Virus record (IMG/VR): IMGVR_UViG_3300022933_000006
Span: 574-64,573 of that record
Length of the DNA: 64,000 nt
Source: a virus
Taxonomy: Duplodnaviria; Caudoviricetes
Direction: 5' to 3' (one strand)
Shown here one piece after another: positions 60,406-64,000 of this stretch. Numbering within the stretch: position 1 is the stretch's first letter; the number at the start of each line of letters is the position of its first letter. Both the position numbers and the translations under genes were made by a program. The notes below the pieces were generated by a model. The model was not told where the DNA came from and searched no databases. It worked only from the letters and a program-made list of their open reading frames with translations.

Positions 60406-60651
60406 ATGGAAATGTCTTCTATAATTGAAGCTCTATTAATTGCAACCATATTAGGTATGGGTGGTGCTTTGTATGGATTTTTCAGAAAAATGAGTTCAAC
60501 ACAGAAGGATTTATGCGAAACTGTTGCTAGATTACAAAAAACATTGATTATTTTGGCAAAAGCTGTAGATAGACAGTCAAACAGATTACACCCAGAGGAA
60601 GCAAATTCAGAACTAGATGATCTAGTAAAAGAGCTCCTAAGAGACAAATAA
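60406..60651 (+). CDS. Single-TM plus coiled-coil membrane protein (lysis-associated?)
   Basis: IIEALLIATILGMGGALYGFF followed by a heptad-like helix. Confidence 0.55.
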   Translation: MEMSSIIEALLIATILGMGGALYGFFRKMSSTQKDLCETVARLQKTLIILAKAVDRQSNRLHPEEANSELDDLVKELLRDK

Positions 60652-60685
60652 TAAACCTTAAGTAATAGTTATTTCGGGGAAAAGT

Positions 60686-60949
60686 ATGATTGATCCATTG
60701 TTAATCGCAACACTCTCCGTAATCGGAGGAGCAATCTTGAATACTGTCAGAGGATTCTTAGGATCTTCTGAGTCTACATATGACATCAAAAAATTCTTTG
60801 GTGCTCTTATCATAGCTGTATTTGCAGGTATTGCAGTTGCACAAACTTTGAGTCTAGCAGGTCTAGGAATTACAGAAACCGTATTAATCGGTCTATCTGT
60901 CGGTTTCTCAGTAGATTATGCTGTCTCAAAAGCCAAGAAAACTGCATAG
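60686..60949 (+). CDS. Three-TM small membrane protein, holin-like
   Basis: Three hydrophobic segments and a basic C-terminus KAKKTA. Confidence 0.55.
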   Translation: MIDPLLIATLSVIGGAILNTVRGFLGSSESTYDIKKFFGALIIAVFAGIAVAQTLSLAGLGITETVLIGLSVGFSVDYAVSKAKKTA

Positions 60950-61026
60950 TAAATTTTTAAGACCTTACTACGCTTTTCTCTCTATTTTTCTAAAACTTTA
61001 TAAGTAATGTTCAGAACGAATATATA

Positions 61027-62616
61027 ATGGAAAATGACATATTTTTCAACCAATTTGTGACAAAATCATTACATCCTATTGATGGTGCTCAAAGATTCTT
61101 TGAAGGCTATCTTACCGTTCAGGTCAAAGACAAGCAAGGAGAGATTACAATCGTTGATGAATTGATCAAGGTTCTTCCAATATGGATGGACAGAGGAGCA
61201 CCAATTAGTGATACTCACAGTAACAGAATTATAGGTAAAGGTATCAGTTATGCTAAAACAATTTATAAAAATGCAGAAGGAATAGAATATCCAGCAATTA
61301 AAATTACAGGTAAAATACACAAAGATTATCATTTAGACAATGAAATCTGGGATAAAATCAAGAGTGGAGAGTATAAAGGACTGTCATTTGGTGGTGCTAC
61401 AAAGGCAAACAGAACACCAAAAGTCATGAAAGACGGTAGTATTGCATACGAATTAAAATCATTAGAGCATTATGAGGTCGCTGTTTGCAAAGATCCAGCA
61501 GTCCCATTAGCTCTAATTACCGATTATAATCCACTTGCAAAGGCAATTACTGACAATGTTGAAAGACGAGAAGACGGTAAAATGGTAATTAAATGTGATA
61601 AATTTGGATGTACAGTTGCAAAAGGTGAAGACTTTTCAAACGCAGATGGTGACAAACATGGAGCATATAATCAAAATGTTTCACCTGAAAAATCATCAAA
61701 CAGGGAATCAAGTCCAGTAGACGACGATGATGATGTTGAAATTAAGGCAGAAGAAAAGGAAGATGAAGTTAAAAAAGATGCAAATCTTCACTATGGTGGA
61801 GTAAGACATGCTAGTAAGGAATATGAACAAGGTAATGAATCAGCACAAATTACAGAGGTAAAAGAGGATAAGGAAGAAGAAAAAGAGGAAGATGATGATA
61901 AAAAGAAATCAGGGTATCAAACAGAAGATGGAAATAATCAATTAGGTGGACAAGGATCAACAAAAGACGATACCTATAAAAGTAGCGAAAACTATATAAA
62001 CTCGGATAAAGAAGAATCTGATAAGGATATGGACAAAGATACTTCCAACAAAATTTCTAAAACTGACGAAGAAGAAAAATCTTCCGAAGAAGAAGAAAAG
62101 AAAGACGACGAAGTAGAAAAATCTGATTTTCAAGAAGCAATCAAATCTAACATCAGTACATTAACTGACGTTATAAAGTCACTCGCAGAAACTCAAAAAG
62201 ACGTTAGTTCTACACTAGTAGGTATTGATGATAGATTGAAAGCATTGGAAACCCCAACTGACTTACCGTTGAAGCCACAAACTTCAGCAAGTGAAGACGT
62301 TGGTGCAAAGGTTACAGTCCCAGATACTTATCAAGCTAACTCTGTGCAAGCAGGCTTAGACGACGATAAACATGCTGAAGACAAACCTGAAACCGATCCA
62401 TCTGGATTGAAAATGCAAGAGAAATCTAATTTCGACTTTACTACCGAGACTCCAAGACCTAATGCAGCAATCGAGACAATCAACAAATCTGCTGAAACAG
62501 ATATGTCATTTGTTTTGAAAGATGCAAGAGAAGGTGGAAATCTAAGCGTAGTAGCAAGAAATATTCTAGCTGGAAAATATTATACTCCAACACCTGACGA
62601 AGTAGGAACATACTAA
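61027..62616 (+). CDS. Prohead protease (HK97-type) fused to scaffold region
   Basis: FEGYLTVQVKDKQGE, DTHSN, WDKIKSGEYKGLSFGG, YEVAVCKDPA; long acidic/coiled C-terminus. Confidence 0.88.
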   Translation: MENDIFFNQFVTKSLHPIDGAQRFFEGYLTVQVKDKQGEITIVDELIKVLPIWMDRGAPISDTHSNRIIGKGISYAKTIYKNAEGIEYPAIKITGKIHKDYHLDNEIWDKIKSGEYKGLSFGGATKANRTPKVMKDGSIAYELKSLEHYEVAVCKDPAVPLALITDYNPLAKAITDNVERREDGKMVIKCDKFGCTVAKGEDFSNADGDKHGAYNQNVSPEKSSNRESSPVDDDDDVEIKAEEKEDEVKKDANLHYGGVRHASKEYEQGNESAQITEVKEDKEEEKEEDDDKKKSGYQTEDGNNQLGGQGSTKDDTYKSSENYINSDKEESDKDMDKDTSNKISKTDEEEKSSEEEEKKDDEVEKSDFQEAIKSNISTLTDVIKSLAETQKDVSSTLVGIDDRLKALETPTDLPLKPQTSASEDVGAKVTVPDTYQANSVQAGLDDDKHAEDKPETDPSGLKMQEKSNFDFTTETPRPNAAIETINKSAETDMSFVLKDAREGGNLSVVARNILAGKYYTPTPDEVGTY

Positions 62617-62617
62617 A

Positions 62618-63835
62618 ATGACTCAAATCAGAACAATCGATGAGCTTGAGGCACAATATTATGGACACAATCGTAACCTTCTTAGAAAAGCTGATGCCCC
62701 TTCAACTACCAGCACCGCTGGTATGTTTAACGCCATCTTTGGTGCTTATGCATGGGCTCAACTGAATCTTGAAGCAAACGCCTTCGGAATTCTCCCAAAA
62801 TACCCTTGGGATAAATCTGGATGGAGGGTTATAACTGCAAAACCAACTTTGAATACCAACAATGCTAACACAGCATTAGGTGGTACTTCAGAAGGTGGTT
62901 TAATTGCTGAAACTGTAAAACCAACTGTTGCAGAACTTGACGTAAAGCCAAAGACTGCACAACTTCCTTTCTCTGCATCAGAGGTAATGGAATGGTTGTC
63001 AACACACAGTAAAGACGACATTTGGGGTGGCTTAGGCTCACTCCGTTTGTATATGGCAGTACAACACAAAGAGTTCATTAATAGAATGCTTTTAGCAGAT
63101 GTTGAAAGCGATGCAGCAGCATCAAGTGGTGCTCATACTGGTACAAAAGACTTAGAATCCCTTGATAGAATCGTATCAAGTGATGCTGAAGAAGATGCAC
63201 TAGGTGGAAGCCACTCAGGATTTTACGATCCGTGGGCTGCTGATGCAACCGTTGACAGAGATGGAAACGGTGGAGAATTTGACTGTACAGTAGAATCTGC
63301 TTCTGGTACTATCGGTACTGACGGTGTATTGACTGACGATGTTCTAAGAACTTTCTTACGAAAGATTAGAATCGCAGCAGGTAAAGATCCAAATGTATTC
63401 CTAGGCTCCCATGAAGTCTACTCTGAGATACAAGGCTTATACATGCCAAGTGTCCGTATTGCAAACCCATACGGTGAGCAATTAGTTCAGATAGACGTAA
63501 ACGGTATTCAAACCTTTAAAGGTACGGGTACTGGTATTCATGTCGACTCTATTTACGGAGTACCATTTATTCCAACAAAGGATGCCCCATCTGGTGGTGG
63601 TTCTGAAATTGGAAGACTCTTTGCATTAGATACATCTGATGCAGAAGGTTATGGTTATCCAAGAATTGGAATTCAAGTGGCTATACCAACCGAGTATTAC
63701 GAAGCAACTAGAAGATCTGCTGGTTATCCATTCGTGAACAACGCTTTCGTTGAGAAAGGTGTGTTCAGAACAATGGGTGAGACAGTTTGTCGCCATTTCA
63801 AATCACAAGGTAAAATTAGAGACATTAAACTCTAG
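62618..63835 (+). CDS. Major capsid protein (HK97 fold)
   Basis: Directly after the protease, 405 aa; AWAQLN...FGILPKYPW, SEGG, LESLDRIV, YGVPFI, QGKIRDI; T-tract terminator follows. Confidence 0.88.
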   Translation: MTQIRTIDELEAQYYGHNRNLLRKADAPSTTSTAGMFNAIFGAYAWAQLNLEANAFGILPKYPWDKSGWRVITAKPTLNTNNANTALGGTSEGGLIAETVKPTVAELDVKPKTAQLPFSASEVMEWLSTHSKDDIWGGLGSLRLYMAVQHKEFINRMLLADVESDAAASSGAHTGTKDLESLDRIVSSDAEEDALGGSHSGFYDPWAADATVDRDGNGGEFDCTVESASGTIGTDGVLTDDVLRTFLRKIRIAAGKDPNVFLGSHEVYSEIQGLYMPSVRIANPYGEQLVQIDVNGIQTFKGTGTGIHVDSIYGVPFIPTKDAPSGGGSEIGRLFALDTSDAEGYGYPRIGIQVAIPTEYYEATRRSAGYPFVNNAFVEKGVFRTMGETVCRHFKSQGKIRDIKL

Positions 63836-63904
63836 TCAAACCAAAACCCTTTTTTTATATTTTTTTAGATACATATATATATCCTTGCCACACGGTTGTT
63901 TGTA

Positions 63905-64000
63905 ATGACGAAGCAAATAATAGCACTAGTAGCCCTATTATCATTAGGAGCATTTAGTGCAGTATATGCAGAAACAGCAACAGTTGAAGTGCCTTTCGAT
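63905..64000 (+). CDS. Signal-peptide-bearing protein, 3'-truncated
   Basis: MTKQIIALVALLSLGAFSAVYA-ETATVEVPFD, a typical signal peptide with a VYA cleavage site. Confidence 0.6.
   Translation, partial: MTKQIIALVALLSLGAFSAVYAETATVEVPFD

Larger units (their letters stand above)
1..64000. mobile_element. Tailed archaeal virus genome (siphovirus-like Caudoviricetes), near-complete, probable Nitrososphaerota host
   Basis: Contains terminase, portal, prohead protease, MCP, tail tube, tape measure, MCM and RadA, with archaeal TATA promoters. No cellular housekeeping genes. The head module at the right end would continue into the neck module at the left end. Confidence 0.93.

Noticed and set aside
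1-64000. Integrated provirus, contractile tail, amoC or alternative genetic code
   Set aside because: No integrase, att-flanked host genes, sheath gene or amoC-like ORF seen; long genes read through with the standard code.

Overview
This window is most or nearly all of the genome of an AT-rich tailed archaeal virus (Caudoviricetes, HK97-type head, non-contractile tail). The likely host is a marine ammonia-oxidising archaeon (Nitrososphaerota, Nitrosopumilus-like). The host call is inferred from four things: archaeal-type MCM and RadA, an archaeal winged-helix regulator, three CxGxC...CxxC...CxCC zinc-finger paralogues of a type I recognise from thaumarchaeal genomes, and TTTAWAWA TATA boxes about 28-32 nt before leaderless start codons. 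Layout: neck, tail and fibre genes (0.7-23.2 kb); Cas4-like nuclease, terminase and three low-complexity proteins with a repeated motif (23.4-29.4 kb); replication and nucleic-acid genes (29.4-39 kb); a long minus-strand accessory/early region with MoxR-vWA, a methyltransferase and amidoligase-GATase (39.4-54.2 kb); a repeat-rich control region (54.2-55.1 kb); then portal, prohead protease and major capsid protein (56.8-63.8 kb). I saw no DNA polymerase, primase, Orc1/Cdc6, integrase, reverse transcriptase, canonical tRNA or CRISPR array. The most interesting signals are: (i) disordered proteins cut into segments by a repeated W-x-x-[WF]-L-[ED]-K motif resembling a capsid-targeting/cleavage signal; (ii) a control region with ORB-like inverted repeats, triple TATA repeats and a G-quadruplex motif; (iii) two tandem structured ncRNA candidates; (iv) a fibre anchor module split by cargo domains, even across genes; (v) an amidoligase/GATase/GGCT set in a virus whose inferred host lacks peptidoglycan; (vi) a clear -1 frameshift site in the tail chaperone. 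All functional calls come from motifs read by eye; no database search was run.
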